From: Balanoglossus misakiensis
Lineage: Eukaryota; Animalia; Hemichordata
DNA: 64,000 nucleotides
Assembly: GCA_040954595.2 (NCBI GenBank)
Contig: CM082587.2
Span: 10,049,403 to 10,113,402 of the forward strand
Direction of reading: 5' to 3'
The notes beneath the pieces were generated by a model. It was not told the origin of the DNA and searched no databases. It saw nothing but the letters and a program-made list of their open reading frames with translations. Made by a program: the position numbers and the translations under genes. Positions 1 through 12,600 of this stretch are shown piece by piece; the stretch's first letter is position 1, and every line of letters begins with the position of its first letter.

Positions 1-689
1 AACATATAAGCGTGAGCAGGTGTTAATTATTTGTGCTCGTATAAAAAGCCATGCACCCAGTGCCACGTTGTCGTGTGGCTCATTTGATTCTGGTCCGGTA
101 GCTGTGCCGTCGCATTGTCGCGGAGTTTGGGAGCCCACCGTACGGAGTTTGCCTGTCTACTGTGGTAGCTGAGGATTGACACTGCCGAAGGGACTTGGTG
201 AAGCCGTGGTGGATGTTTCCGAGGACGCCGCGTGGAATTTGGGAGCCGTCCTGAGGGAGCGCGTTTCCGGGTCACCGTGGAACTGCATTTGAGGTAATAC
301 GTGGCTGTCTTTTGAACATTGGCGTAAAACTGACAGAAAGGCAAGAATTGTTGTGCGTCGAGTGAAAGGCCAGTATCGTCTTGCGTCGAGTCACCGAACT
401 GTTTATTAGACTTTGAACTGGTTAGGAATTTAGTTTGGTCACCTGGTCACGCTCGAGTTTAGTTTGTAGTTTATTGTAAATATTATTTAACATGTTGTGA
501 ATATTACTCGTATCTGCAATTAAATTAACACCGTAAATAGACTGGTATGTTGTAAGTGTGTTGTCTTTGACCATTTCTTTTGCCGCGGCCTGTTGGCCGG
601 TGCGGGGGTAAAACAAGCCACCCGGTCAGGTAAATTGGCCTCTCTATTATCCGCGTATTTTTGGCTCGGACGGCCTGCGGGTCGTAGCA
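1..689 (+). mobile_element. Probable LTR (3' part of an LTR retrotransposon or solo LTR), truncated by window start
   Basis: GC-richer block with TATAAAA near 40 and ATTAAA near 518. It ends in ...GTCGTAGCA (CA terminus) at 689, exactly where similarity to the second repeat copy (4276 onward) begins. The 5' TG end and TSD partner are outside the window. Confidence 0.5.
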
Positions 690-1567
690 ATGGCTAAGAA
701 AGTTAAAACTAAAGCAATATTTATGAGAAATTTTAAACATGGAGTGTACACACTTTACAGAAACGTATTCACTTCCCTACATGACCGAAAATGCGTCAGT
801 TAGAAATTCCATCCTTGATAATCATATCCCCAGTCACAATACAATTATTGTTTTGCATACCATATACATGTACTAGCATGAATCACTTCAACATTTTTCA
901 AAAGGCATGGTTTAAAGATTCGGTCAGTGTGAGAACGTTCACACTTACTAAGAGCTTTCTCAGGTTGAACATTATATAGCTATTCATTTGGTAATGCACA
1001 CGTTCTTGTACAGTCATTAATATGAAACGTTATTACAGGGACAATCATTGTTTTGCCGCGTTGCAAATCATCGTTATTTCGACCGAACGTATACGAAGCA
1101 GCATATTGTCGAGTTTTTTCAAGCGCCTACTTCTGCCGTACATTTTTGCGATTCCTCGCAAGTTGGATTTTCCATTTCGCTGCCTCTGAGGGGCCAATAT
1201 TTCTGTTGTTGTTTCTTTGGAAAATTTACTAATATATAAGTTTATCCCACCCGAACGTGTACGGGGAACGGACCATTAAATGTAAAGCTTGGAGAGGGCG
1301 CTCATTTGCAGTGACGTCATAACACAGTACATTTTAAAATGCATAAATGTGTTTTACCATCGAAACTGTTCCTCAGTCTGATTTTTGTAGTATTGTACTA
1401 GGAGTACGTTTGGTTTTTTGCTGTTCAGGTTTAGAGACCACATTTGACAGCAGCAGAAAGCGATACACTCGAGAACCCGGGTAGGCTATTTGCATATGCA
1501 AATGAGAATTTCTTTCAAATGTTCAGCTCCCGAGATAGGAGAATGGCGACCGTTGGAACATTTTACG
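690..1567 (+). repeat. Dispersed/local duplicate X (copy 1 of 2)
   Basis: Aligns by eye with 4276-5209 in the same orientation. Copy 1 lacks ~60 bp present at ~4989-5050. Confidence 0.9.
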
Positions 1568-3171
1568 AATACAGAGGCAGTTGCTTGTAACAGCGCAAGC
1601 CGGGGGAACAAAGTTGTCAATACAGAACGATAACCCCGTGTTCATAATAAGAATTGTATATCAGGGAATTTCAATTTTGGGGGGGCTGTATCTGCGCAAA
1701 ATAAAGCGAATGACAGCCGTGATTCTTATAGCAATTTTGTCAAAACTTCTTAATTTGTATCAGGGTTAGATTGTTATGCCATTCCGGTAAATATTTTGAG
1801 AGTCTAAATCTGCCACTTTCAATGCTACTGTTTTGAGAATTTATGAAAAAACACTTCTACTAATTTTATTTTCATTTTTGCACATAGTTCAGCCAAAAGA
1901 AGATTTAGTGATGGAATAAACCTGCTTGCATGGGCGCCGTGCATTTTTTGTCAGTATAAACTGCCGTCTTGATCTTCGCTACGAAACTGTGCTATTGAAC
2001 AGAAGTGAGATGGAATCGCACCAACGGATCACATAGCGCATGCATCGGCTGTCGCGATGAAGGATTGCATTTGCAAATGTTGATTGAAAACCAGAGCGGT
2101 GAAACAATCGTGCTTTGTATGTCACGAACAACCGTTAAAACAGGGAAAATTGATTCTATGGGTTAGTTTTTCAACCGTCACCTTGATTTCTCGGCGAAAA
2201 TAGCGTACGTATTCAAGTACTGCTTTAGCCATTCACTGTCGATTACTTCGCATATAGCCAACACATGACACGATGTCCGCCTGAAATCGTGCCTAATCTC
2301 ACGAGAGTTGAACGTCTTCTGTGTATATTGCATATTTTACTCTCGCAGTACACGAGAGTAATAACTACGTACAAAGCTGCGTACATACAATTATCAACCT
2401 ACTAGTATGGCACAGCGATAACGCAGAGAATATTTCCGTTCGCTTTCAAGGTCTATACCAGTAGCAGTCAAATGACATTGGCAAACACATTGTAACATCA
2501 AATACGCGTGAAATGGTTTGACTGTTAACGTGATTCAACCGCGATTTAGCAATTATTGTAATTTGACCATTTGTGAGATTGTTTACATGTTTTGTAATCT
2601 TTCGAAGCATTTTGTTCTACTGAAGGGGTTTCCGACATGTCTAGTATGCGCCATGTAACGGTTCGGTCAGGGTTCATCGGTACGGTCATTTTGCACCAGT
2701 CGATTCTCTATGACCGGGTTGACATGTAGGATGAGTCAGTAGAAGAGAAAATGAACTCGCAACAAGTTGCACATAACGTGCGTCGCGAGTCACAAACGTC
2801 AAACCGTGTCGGGCCGTGGTCTACCTCCACGATAAATCTGTACTTGGAAAGTATAACAAATGTCATTTTTGAGGGTCCCGAATCAACGAAAATACACACT
2901 TTCATTTACGCGCTGCATATGAGAACAAAGTGAAAGCGCCAAATATGCTAATTTCCAATCGAGAGGTCTTGTGTCCACAACAAAATACCAACGCTTACCA
3001 TGTACATGTATAACCTTTACATAAAATCGAACATCTTGGTATACTCACTCACATCGGTAAAATAATTGTACGGACATGCCCGTTTTTCAGGGCTTGTCAC
3101 GCACCTTATTTATCACCGTAAGAAAATGTACGGTGGAATATAATCATAGCAAACTCAACTGTCTTCGTATA

Positions 3172-3950
3172 TCAATCAATCAATCAATCAAAAACATTTA
3201 TATGGCGCCAATATCCAGAGAACTGTTCAGTGGCGCCCGATGGTTGTTCACACACTGTAGGCTGTTTTAAACAAGCGAGTCTTCAGTTTCCCCTTAAAGG
3301 GACAAAGTCTCTCTCTCACTACCCTTTTTTCATAAATTATGTTTGATACAAGACAACGTTTATGTTATTCTAAATGTGGATATATAGTGAATCAACATTC
3401 AACCACACACAACTTCCATCCCGTTTGTAGGATATGAGAGTAAAAATCTCACCAAAATGAATAATGGTAAACACCGATTATTCATATGGGCAAGTTTTTC
3501 ACTCTCGTGTCTACAAGTGGGATGGGTGGGATGGAAGTTGTGTGTGGTTGAATGTTGATTCACTATATATCCACATTTAGAATAACATACAAGGTGTCTT
3601 GTATCAAACATATTTAATGAAAAAAGGCAGCAAGAGAGAGACTTTGTCCCTTTAAAAGAGTCTAGACTGGTAGCTAGACGAATGTCATCAGGTAGTGAGT
3701 TCCAGAGCTTTGGAGCAGCATAAGAAATTGCACGTCCTCCATAGTTGACTTGTCTGTAATGTGTTATTGTCAAAAGGTTCTTTTTCTGAGACCTTAAGCT
3801 GCGTGAAGGGGTATATCGATTAACCATGTCAGAAATGTACTCCGGGGTAAGGCCATGAATGGCCGTATATGTAAGAAGCAAGATCGTGTAATCAATCCTG
3901 GCACAAACTGGTAGCCAATGCAGAGAGATGAGAGCGGGAGTATATGTGAG
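3172..3950 (-). mobile_element. 5'-truncated L2/CR1-clade LINE 3' end (ORF2 C-terminus), interrupted by a MITE
   Basis: Minus strand encodes TPALISLHWLPV..RIDY..LLLTY..IHGLTPEYIS...AAPKLWNSLPDDIR..SLDSFKG/KLKTRLF, the typical L2-clade C-terminal motifs. A short 3' UTR and (TGAT)n tail follow at 3172-3191. Confidence 0.9.
3298..3651. mobile_element. Palindromic Kolobok-type MITE (AG..CT termini, TTAA TSD), copy 1
   Basis: TTAA|AGGGACAAAGTC ... GACTTTGTCCCT|TTAA, almost the whole length folds back. The empty site with a single TTAA is visible in the LINE copy near 6422. Confidence 0.9.
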
Positions 3951-4275
3951 TTCAACGCAAGAAAAAACACCCGACTGAACAGGTAAAAGAAAAATTGGGG
4001 ATGGATATTTAGAATTGATGCCTACGTCGAATTTCGAGCCAAAATGCCAAAATGCAATTTTCTGTATTGTTTATATGACGGATTGTAAAAAAAAAATCAT
4101 AAATGAATGTATCTGCGCGGATTCACCCCTGCAGCTGTTTCCTTTTTGAAGTCAGCGCTCCTTTTACACCGCCTTAGTGGCACCCATGCAGACGATTCGG
4201 GGAGGGGGAGGGGGGGGGGGTAATCGGGTGTTTGCCAACCCCCGCCCACATCCACTTAAGACAAGTACTTAAATT

Positions 4276-5209
4276 ATGGCTAAGAAACAAAAGCAATATT
4301 TATGAGTAATTTTAAACATGGAGTGTACACACTTTACAGAAACATATTCACCTTCCTACATGACCGAAAATGTGTCAGTTAAAAATACCATCGGTGTTAA
4401 CCATATCTCCGGTCACAATACAATTTGTTTTGCATACCATATATATATACCAGCATGAATCACTTCAACATTTGTCAAAAGGCATGGTTTAAAGATTCGG
4501 TCAGTGTGAGAACGTTCACACTTACTAAGAGCTTTCTCAGGTTGAACATTATATAGCTATTCATTTGGTAATGCACACGTTCTTGTACAGTCATTAATAT
4601 GAAACGTTATTAAAGGGACAATCATTGTTTTGCCGCGTTGCAAATCATCGTTATTTCGACCGAACGTATACGAAGCAGCATATTATCGAGTTTTTTCAAG
4701 CGCCTACTTCTGCCGTGCATTTTCGCGATTGCTCGCAAGTTGAATTTTCCATTTTGCTGCTTCTGTGGGGCGAATATTTTTGATACTTTTTCTTTGGAAA
4801 AATTACTAATATGCAAGTTTATCCCGCCCGAACGTGTACGGGGAACGGACCATTAAATGTAATGCTTCGAGAGGGCGCTCATTTGCTATGACGTCATAAC
4901 ACAGTACATTTTAAAATACAAAAAACGGGTTTTACCATCAAAACTATGTTTGTCAGTCTAATTTTTGTAGTATTGTTCTTGGAGTACGTCATGCACCCCA
5001 ATCTGATTAAACTCAGATGTAGAAATGGGCGTCGTCTGTACCTTGCTTCGCTTGTTTTTTTGCTGTTCAGGTATAGGGACCACATTTGACAGCAGCAGAA
5101 AACGATACACTCGAGAACCCGGGTAGGCTTATTGCATATGCAAATGAGAATTTCTTTTAAATGTTCAGCTCCCGAGATAGGAGAATGGCGACTGTTGGAA
5201 CATTTTACG
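4276..5209 (+). repeat. Dispersed/local duplicate X (copy 2 of 2)
   Basis: Matches 690-1567 from ATGGCTAAGAAA to CATTTTACG. Confidence 0.9.
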
Positions 5210-5465
5210 GAGAAAATGGTTTATCGTTTTTCGGCGAGATACGGTAACAATATCGAGATTCTTTTTCTGTTGTGTATTTTGAGATGAAATTAGCCTTTCC
5301 TACCTCGCAGTGATTATTTTGTTCAGTATTAAAATAAACCACATATGTCAAAAACAATATTGAAGACTTCATGTGGTTGGAATGAATAAATTTCTCCTTA
5401 AAACGCCTTTGCTTTTGAAAGGCGAAAATACATTGCCTGCGTTCGAACGCACACGAAGCATTCGG

Positions 5466-5479
5466 CCACTAGAGGGCGC
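5466..5479 (+). promoter_or_regulatory. CTCF-like motif CCACTAGAGGGCGC
   Basis: Close match to the metazoan CTCF core consensus. Motif only, no binding evidence. Confidence 0.35.
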
Positions 5480-6012
5480 CATGTGCAGCATGGGAAGTTC
5501 ATTTATATTTGGCGACGTCATGCATAGACGCGTTCTTACCGGTAGAACGAATAAGAAATATAATGTTTGGCAAATGTGTCAGTACCGCATTCCAAACAAC
5601 CCTAGCACAAGACGCCGCCATGATTTGTGAGCTATTTACTTTTTTCGGGACTTATGAATCCGTGGCACATTTCGGCCAACCAATTAATCTCATTTAGGTA
5701 ATGTAATAGAAAACAATTTTATTTTAACAGTGCATGTCACCTAAAATTCAATATTTCATCCAAAGCAGAAAGGCCATGGTTTTGAAATGCTGTTGAAATT
5801 TACTAAGAGCCAAATTCAAATTTACTTTGAACTGAGACTAGTATACCTTACAGGGATTGGAAACGACGCGAATAGAACATTTATGTCTCTCCCGGATAAG
5901 GTATATTCGTCCCAGCTTTGAAATTTTGAGAAAAAAGTAAGAAATATATCGAGATGTGCTATTTTGTAAACAATGAAATAATGCGTCTCATGAACATGTT
6001 ACCATTGTTTAA

Positions 6013-6805
6013 CGCTTTCACCCCCAGTTCCCTCTGTAGAGGTCCAAACTTACCATAGAAAACAATGGGATTGGACAGACACATGGTAGTGAAAGGGGTA
6101 GACTTGCTCCAACTCTATGGGCTTCATTATGTGAAGGGGAACGCGTAGGCCTTGGTCGACGCTACCCGAAACCACAAGCACAGTCCCAAATTCGAAACTC
6201 GCCTCACTACCAAAAACACGCTCAAGGCAAGCATGCACGCAAAAAGTATTGCAATTATCGATATACCCCTTCACGCAGCTTAAGGTCTCAGAAAAAGAAC
6301 CTTCTGACAATAACACATTACAAACAAGTCAACTATGGAGGACGTGCATTTTCTTATGCTGCTCCAAAGCTCTGGAACTCACTACCTGATGACATTCGTT
6401 TAGCTACCAGTCTAGACTCTTTTAAGGGGAAACTGAAGACTCACTTGTTTAAAACAGAACAACCATCGGGCGCCACTGAACAGTTCTCTGGATATTGGCG
6501 CCATATAAATGTTTTTGATTGATTGATTGATTGATATACGAAGACAGTTGAGTTTGCTATGATTATATTCCACCGTACATTTTCTTACGGTGATAAATAA
6601 GGTGCGTGACAAGCCCTGAAAAACGGGCATGTCCGTACAATTATTTTACCGATGTGAGTGAGTATACCAAGATGTTCGATTTTATGTAAAGGTTATACAT
6701 GGTAAGCGATGGTATTTGGTTGTTGACACAAGACCTCTCGAAAACACAAAAAGTATTGAGATTTAAAAATCACCAAGCGACTAGTGGGCTAGTCTAGTGA
6801 AGGGG
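6013..6805. mobile_element. piggyBac-type non-autonomous element hosting an inserted LINE copy
   Basis: TTAA|CGCTTTCAC ... GTGAAGGGG|TTAA, short imperfect TIRs with TTAA on both sides. Confidence 0.5.
6257..6741 (+). mobile_element. Inverted copy of the LINE 3' end plus ~200 bp of its 3' flank
   Basis: Reverse complement of ~2959-3820 minus the MITE. Encodes LWNSLPDDIRLATSLDSFKGKLKTHLF with a (TGAT)n tail. Bracketed by the direct repeat CAAAAAGTATTG (6240-6251, 6747-6758). Confidence 0.9.
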
Positions 6806-6909
6806 TTAAAACCTTCATCGTAAACCACGACCTCATTACAGTAACAGTTTCTGAGTTACGAGGAGATAGATGACTGAGGCTCGCGAGAATGTTTCAAACA
6901 TTGTTTTTT

Positions 6910-8399
6910 AACGGAGTGTCTATTGACAGGCGCCTGTCAATAGCCAGTGCGTGTCGGGCTGGCTATTGACAGGCGCGTGTCAATAGCCAGTGCGTAGGGG
7001 GCCGGCTATTGACACGCGGGGACTTCATTCTCAAATTATTGCCGATTTTTGAAAACCAAAGCACATTTCACATAGTCCATTAAATGATTCGTCTTTTCTT
7101 CCCCGAAAATGAGATGAAACGAAGTGCAAAATTCCGAAAGTCAAAGCGTATGTCTTAGTACTTCTACCCGTTCTACGCGTGTACGCCTAACGCCTGCCGA
7201 TTCTAAGCTTGTCTCCTGACTCAAAGGGATTCCCACCATTTTACTGCCGACTTTTATAAAGCAATGCACATTTTCCATCGGAGGACTTATCTTTTCCGCC
7301 GAAAATGTAGATGAAAGGAAGTGCAAATTTCTGAAATATTTCTGAGCAACCTCGCTACGATTGTTTTACTGTTCATGCACTACGGCCGCTGCACACAGAG
7401 GGACACACTCACCGCGACGCTGACCTCAACAGCGCGGACATATTTCGTTTGAATTGAGAGATTTTTTCATGATGAACGAATTCATTGAATTGCTTGTTGG
7501 GAAATACGTTACAACTTGAACCGTGGTGTGACAACTTATATTACTTAGTCCCCAAATGCATGCCTTGCAGGGTCCAGTGCAATGACGTGTATTACCGAAA
7601 TTAACATTTTCATGCCATAGCACTAGCAGTCAGATTTTTCCTGGTTGAAGCAACGAAAATGACAGTGATGCCTCGTTTGCAAAATTCATTCTAGTGCTTT
7701 TCGCAGAGATGTTGAATCAAGTTTCACTCTAATTTAGAAAGTTGCCAGGTCGAGGTCATCGGATAATGCCACTTTCAAAATGACAGCTGGCGAGTTCAAA
7801 GGTTAATCATAATTTGACAGCTGGGCTATACCCCACTGACACATAAAGAGATCTCTTTATGTGTCAGTGGGGTATAGGCCTAGGCCCGAACATAGCGAGA
7901 GCGCTCGTTTGACGCAAATTCGGGACATCGTATAAGCTACTGATTTATCATTTTAAGCCACTTCATAATTTATAAAAATAATGAAATAGCATCTTTACAA
8001 GCGCCTGTGATTTTACACCTCGCTTTATTTCATTTTTGGTATAACATGTTGAATCAGTCAACGGAGGATACGGAATGTGCATTGCTTTATAAAAGTCGGC
8101 AGTAAAATGGAGGGAAAATCCCCGTGTCACGGTCAGGAGATAAGCTTAGAATCGGCAGGCGCTAGGCGTACACGCGTAGAACGGGTAGAAGAACTATGCT
8201 CTGACTTTCGGAATTTTTCACTTCGTTTCATCTCATTTTCGGGGAAGAAAAGACGAATCATTTAATGGACTATGTGAAATGTGCTTTGGTTTTAAAAAAT
8301 CGGCAATAATTTGAGAATAAAGTCCCCGCGTGTCAATAGCCGGCCCCCTATACTACGCACTGGCTATTGACACGCGCCTGTCAATAGACACGACCCGTT
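6910..8399. mobile_element. Non-autonomous foldback DNA element with ~330-360 bp terminal inverted repeats
   Basis: 6910-~7275 is the reverse complement of ~8071-8399. The ends carry reiterated GGCTATTGACA..TGTCAATAGCC hairpins. Superfamily and TSD not resolved. Confidence 0.8.
7826..7877. repeat. Perfect 52-bp palindrome centred on AGATCT
   Basis: CTATACCCCACTGACACATAAAGAGA|TCTCTTTATGTGTCAGTGGGGTATAG. A diverged relative lies at ~42144-42190. Confidence 0.95.
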
Positions 8400-9074
8400 T
8401 TTAATTATTAGCCACATTTTCAACCAAGACATGTTTAAGCATCGTTATACGACAATTTGTTTCAAACTGTGAAATTTGACCCCAAAAATCTAGTTTAAAA
8501 TGCAGCACCTTAATTGTACATGCATAAGTTGTCTCCTGCTATTTGTCAGATACTGCGAGGCATCCACAACAATCGATGTATGATAAAAATGAAGAAGTTT
8601 GGACAATACTATTTTTTATAGTCACGGCTGCCATTCGCTTTATTTTTAGCAGATACAGCCTGCCCAAAATGGAAATGTCCAGTGATATATTAAAGCCTGG
8701 GCAAGAACACACGGGGTTAAATTAACCACCGTGTTCTCCCGCGCTGCAATAGGTGTTAATGGTATTTCCCTTTCCGAGTCTTTACATGCAAATATCACTG
8801 GGTCACCCTTTTGTCTCACTGTTGAAATAAATCGATAATCGCCGACGTGACAAGCGCCGTATTTGTGCAATGGTTCTTCCTTAACTGGGCTGACGCACAA
8901 ATGAACGACATGGTGTTGTGGAATTTCGACATATGCACCATACCGTTTGAATATATTTGAATATTTTATAAGGGGAACAATGCAATGGAACTTTAGCAGA
9001 TTGAACCGAGCTGGGTCCAAGCAAACATCTCTGATGACCGGATCTCCAACCTGCAATATACTAAACAGATAAGA

Positions 9075-9669
9075 TTTTCTGTGAATTTTACCGGTTTGGG
9101 GGAAAGTTAGGCGCCCGGTGTCATCATGCCACGGCTCGGTACAGGGATTTGTGTAGACACATGCGATGTTTACTGCATTTTCTGTGAACTTTACCGGTTT
9201 TGGGGAAAGTTAGGCGCCCGGTGTCATCATGCCACGGCTCGGTACAGGGATTTGTGTAGACACATGCGATGTTTACTGCATTTTCTGTGAACTTTACCGG
9301 TTTTGGGGAAAGTTAGGCGCCCGGTGTCATCATGCCACGGCTCGGTACAGGGATTTGTGTAGACACATGCGATGTTTACTGCATTTTCTGTGAACTTTAC
9401 CGGTTTTGGGGAAAGTTAGGCGCCCGGTGTCATCATGCCACGGCTCGGTACAGGGATTTGTGTAGACACATGCGATGTTTACTGCATTTTCTGTGAACTT
9501 TACCGGTTTTGGGGAAAGTTAGGCGCCCGGTGTCATCATGCCACGGCTCGGTACAGGGATTTGTGTAGACACATGCGATGTTTACTGCATTTTCTGTGAA
9601 TTTTACCGGTTTTGGGGAAAGTTAGGCGCCCGGTGTCATCATGCCACGGCTCGGTACAAGGATTTGTGT
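9075..9669. repeat. Tandem array, 103-bp unit, ~5.8 copies
   Basis: GTGAA anchor recurs at 9081, 9184, 9287 etc. Copies are nearly identical with no spacers. Confidence 0.95.
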
Positions 9670-9859
9670 CCAAACGCTCGCGATGTTTTCATTAAATGAC
9701 ATGTGATGTGGAAAACAAAGTTGCACGTAACAGCGCAATCCATCGGTATTCTAAAAGATATAAATCGGTTTCAAAAACGCCGTAATTTCGCGATATTGGT
9801 AACCTTCACATATAAAAAATGGGCCGACCGGTTTATAAATTAGCTGTCCATATGAGCCA

Positions 9860-9989
9860 GGATCTGACAGCCGACCTCCAGACTCAGGCATTTAGCACAT
9901 GCACCCTGCACCATAAAATCTAACCCAAAATATTAACCCTTACTCTAACCCTAACCCTGTCTGGGACTGGAGGTATGCTGCTAGATACC
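9860..9989. mobile_element. Small degenerate MITE containing (CTAACC)-like repeats
   Basis: GATCTGACAGCCGACCTCCAG..CA vs TG..CTGGAGGTATGCTGCTAGATACC imperfect inverted ends, with internal CTAACCCTAACCC. Confidence 0.4.
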
Positions 9990-10410
9990 TATGGGGGGTT
10001 CAAATTCTTCTAAACTTTCGATAAGAATAGAGTTTTTTTATGGGAAAGATAGGCGTTTTTCATACACGCAAAAGTTTTTATCTTACACGCGAGATTTTCG
10101 TTAAATCATAGGTGACTTTGGCAATCTAAGTTGCATGTAATAAAACAGCAGTTCATAGTTTTTATTTGGAAAAAGGGAAAGAAACTACATAGTTTGACAT
10201 ATGGTCAGGTTTGTCATACAAACAGATTTTCGCGAGTTTTTTGTTAAATCAGGGGACTTTGGCAAACATTCGGTTTATAAATTACATGTGGTTTCGAAGC
10301 TGGGCGCGTTCATTGTGCAAAGTCAAAGAAATATAATTTTGGAATCGGAGTAGGCTTGGTCAATAATATTTTCATATTACTTTAAACTCTTAAAAGCAAG
10401 AGTATTTGTT

Positions 10411-12600
10411 ATCTTGGCAGAATCATCACGTTGGAAGTACTCAAGGCTGGATATTGGCTTGGAACTTTGGTGCTGGTTGTAGTTTTGGGCTTGACTTCAC
10501 ACACGTACTGTAATTTTTGTGATTGTATGGTCATGCATAGTAATCATTTTCTATTTTTATCTTGACAGAATAATCATGTTGGATGTACTTAAGACTGGAT
10601 ATTGCCTAAGGGGGTTGGTGGTGGTACTAGTGAGTAAGTGGTGGTGGTTTTGGGCTGGACTTCACACATGTACTGTAATTTTTGTGATTGTATGGTCATG
10701 CATAGAGTAATCATTTTCTATTTTTATCTTGACAGAATCATCATCTTTAAAGTACTAAAGGCTGTATATTGGCTGCGGGCTTTGGTGGTGGTGGTGGTTT
10801 TGGGCTGGACTTCACACACGTACTGTAATTTTTGTGATTGTATGGTCATGTATAGTAATCATTTTCTATTTTTATCTTGACAGAATAATCATGTTGGATG
10901 TACTTAAGACTGGATATTGCCTAAGGGGGTTGGTGGTGGTACTAGTGGTGGTGGTTTTGGGCTGGACTTCACACATGTACTGTAATTTTTGTGATTGTAT
11001 GGTCATGCATAGAGTAATCATTTTCTATTTTTATCTTGACAGAATAATCATGTTGGATGTACTTAAGACTGGATATTGCCTAGGGGCTTTGGTGGTGGTT
11101 TTGGGCTGGACTTCACACATGTACTGTAATTTTTGTGATTGTATGGTCATGCATAGAGTAATCATTTTCTATTTTTATCTTGACAGAATAATCATGTTGG
11201 ATGTACTTAAGACTGGATATTGCCTAAGGGGGTTGGTGGTGGTACTAGTGGTGGTGGTTTTGGGCTGGACTTCACACATGTACTGTAATTTTTGTGATTG
11301 TATGGTCATGCATAGAGTAACCATTTTCTATTTTTATCTTGACAGAATAATCATGTTGGATGTACTTAAGACTGGATATTGCCTAGGGGCTTTGGTGGTG
11401 GTTTTGGGCTGGACTTCACACATGTACTGTAATTTTTGTGATTGTATGGTCATGCATAGAGTAATCATTTTCTATTTTTATCTTGACAGAATCATCATCT
11501 TTAAAGTACTAAAGGCTGTATATTGGCTGCGGGCTTTGGTGGTGGTGGTGGTTTTGGGCTGGACTTCACACACGTACTGTAATTTTTGTGATTGTATGGT
11601 CATGCATAGTAATCATTTTCTATTTTTATCTTGACAGAATAATCATGTTGGATGTACTTAAGACTGGATATTGCCTAAGGGGGTTGGTGGTGGTACTAGT
11701 GGTGGTGGTTTTGGGCTGGACTTCACACATGTACTGTAATTTTTGTGATTGTATGGTCATGCATAGAGTAATCATTTTCTATTTTTATCTTGACAGAATA
11801 ATCATGTTGGATGTACTTAAGACTGGATATTGCCTAGGGGCTTTGGTGGTGGTTTTGGGCTGGACTTCACACATGTACTGTAATTTTTGTGATTGTATGG
11901 TCATGCATAGAGTAATCATTTTCTATTTTTATCTTGACAGAATAATCATGTTGGATGTACTTAAGACTGGATATTGCCTAAGGGGGTTGGTGGTGGTACT
12001 AGTGGTGGTGGTTTTGGGCTGGACTTCACACATGTACTGTAATTTTTGTGATTGTATGGTCATGCATAGAGTAACCATTTTCTATTTTTATCTTGACAGA
12101 ATAATCATGTTGGATGTACTTAAGACTGGATATTGCCTAGGGGCTTTGGTGGTGGTTTTGGGCTGGACTTCACACATGTACTGTAATTTTTGTGATTGTA
12201 TGGTCATGCATAGAGTAATCATTTTCTATTTTTATCTTGACAGAATAATCATGTTGGATGTACTTAAGACTGGATATTGCCTAAGGGGGTTGGTGGTGGT
12301 ACTAGTGGTGGTGGTTTTGGGCTGGACTTCACACATGTACTGTAATTTTTGTGATTGTATGGTCATGCATAGAGTAACCATTTTCTATTTTTATCTTGAC
12401 AGAATCATCATCTTTGAAGTACTAAAGGCTGTATATTGGCTGCGGGCTTTGGTGGTGGTGGTGGTTTTGGGCTGGACTTCACACAATTTTTGTACTGTCA
12501 TTTTTGTGATTGTATGGTCATGCATAGAATTATCATTATCTATTTTTTTATCTTGACAGAACCATCAGGTTGGAAGTACTTAAGACTGGATATTGTCTTA
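10411..12600 (+). repeat. Tandem array of ~15 units (144/148/159-bp variants) with a 754-bp higher-order repeat
   Basis: CTTGACAGAA anchor at 10561, 10728, 10876, 11035, 11179, 11338, 11482, 11630, 11789, 11933, 12092, 12236, 12395, 12552. The pattern 148-159-144-159-144 occurs twice. Confidence 0.95.

Noticed and set aside
1488-1503. Palindromic double octamer ATTTGCATATGCAAAT as an snRNA/POU enhancer
   Set aside because: Lies within a duplicated repeat, octamers are frequent in the TEs of this window, and no adjacent snRNA was recognised.
3399-3881. 160-aa ORF as a gene
   Set aside because: Chimera of the LINE ORF2 C-terminus reading through into the inserted MITE.
9920-9960. TAACCC repeats suggesting interstitial telomere
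   Set aside because: Only 3-4 degenerate units, enclosed by inverted ends of a small MITE.
10834-12556. 266-aa and 322-aa hydrophobic ORFs
   Set aside because: Translations of the tandem array. Open only because the 144/159-bp units are multiples of 3, and broken at each 148-bp unit.
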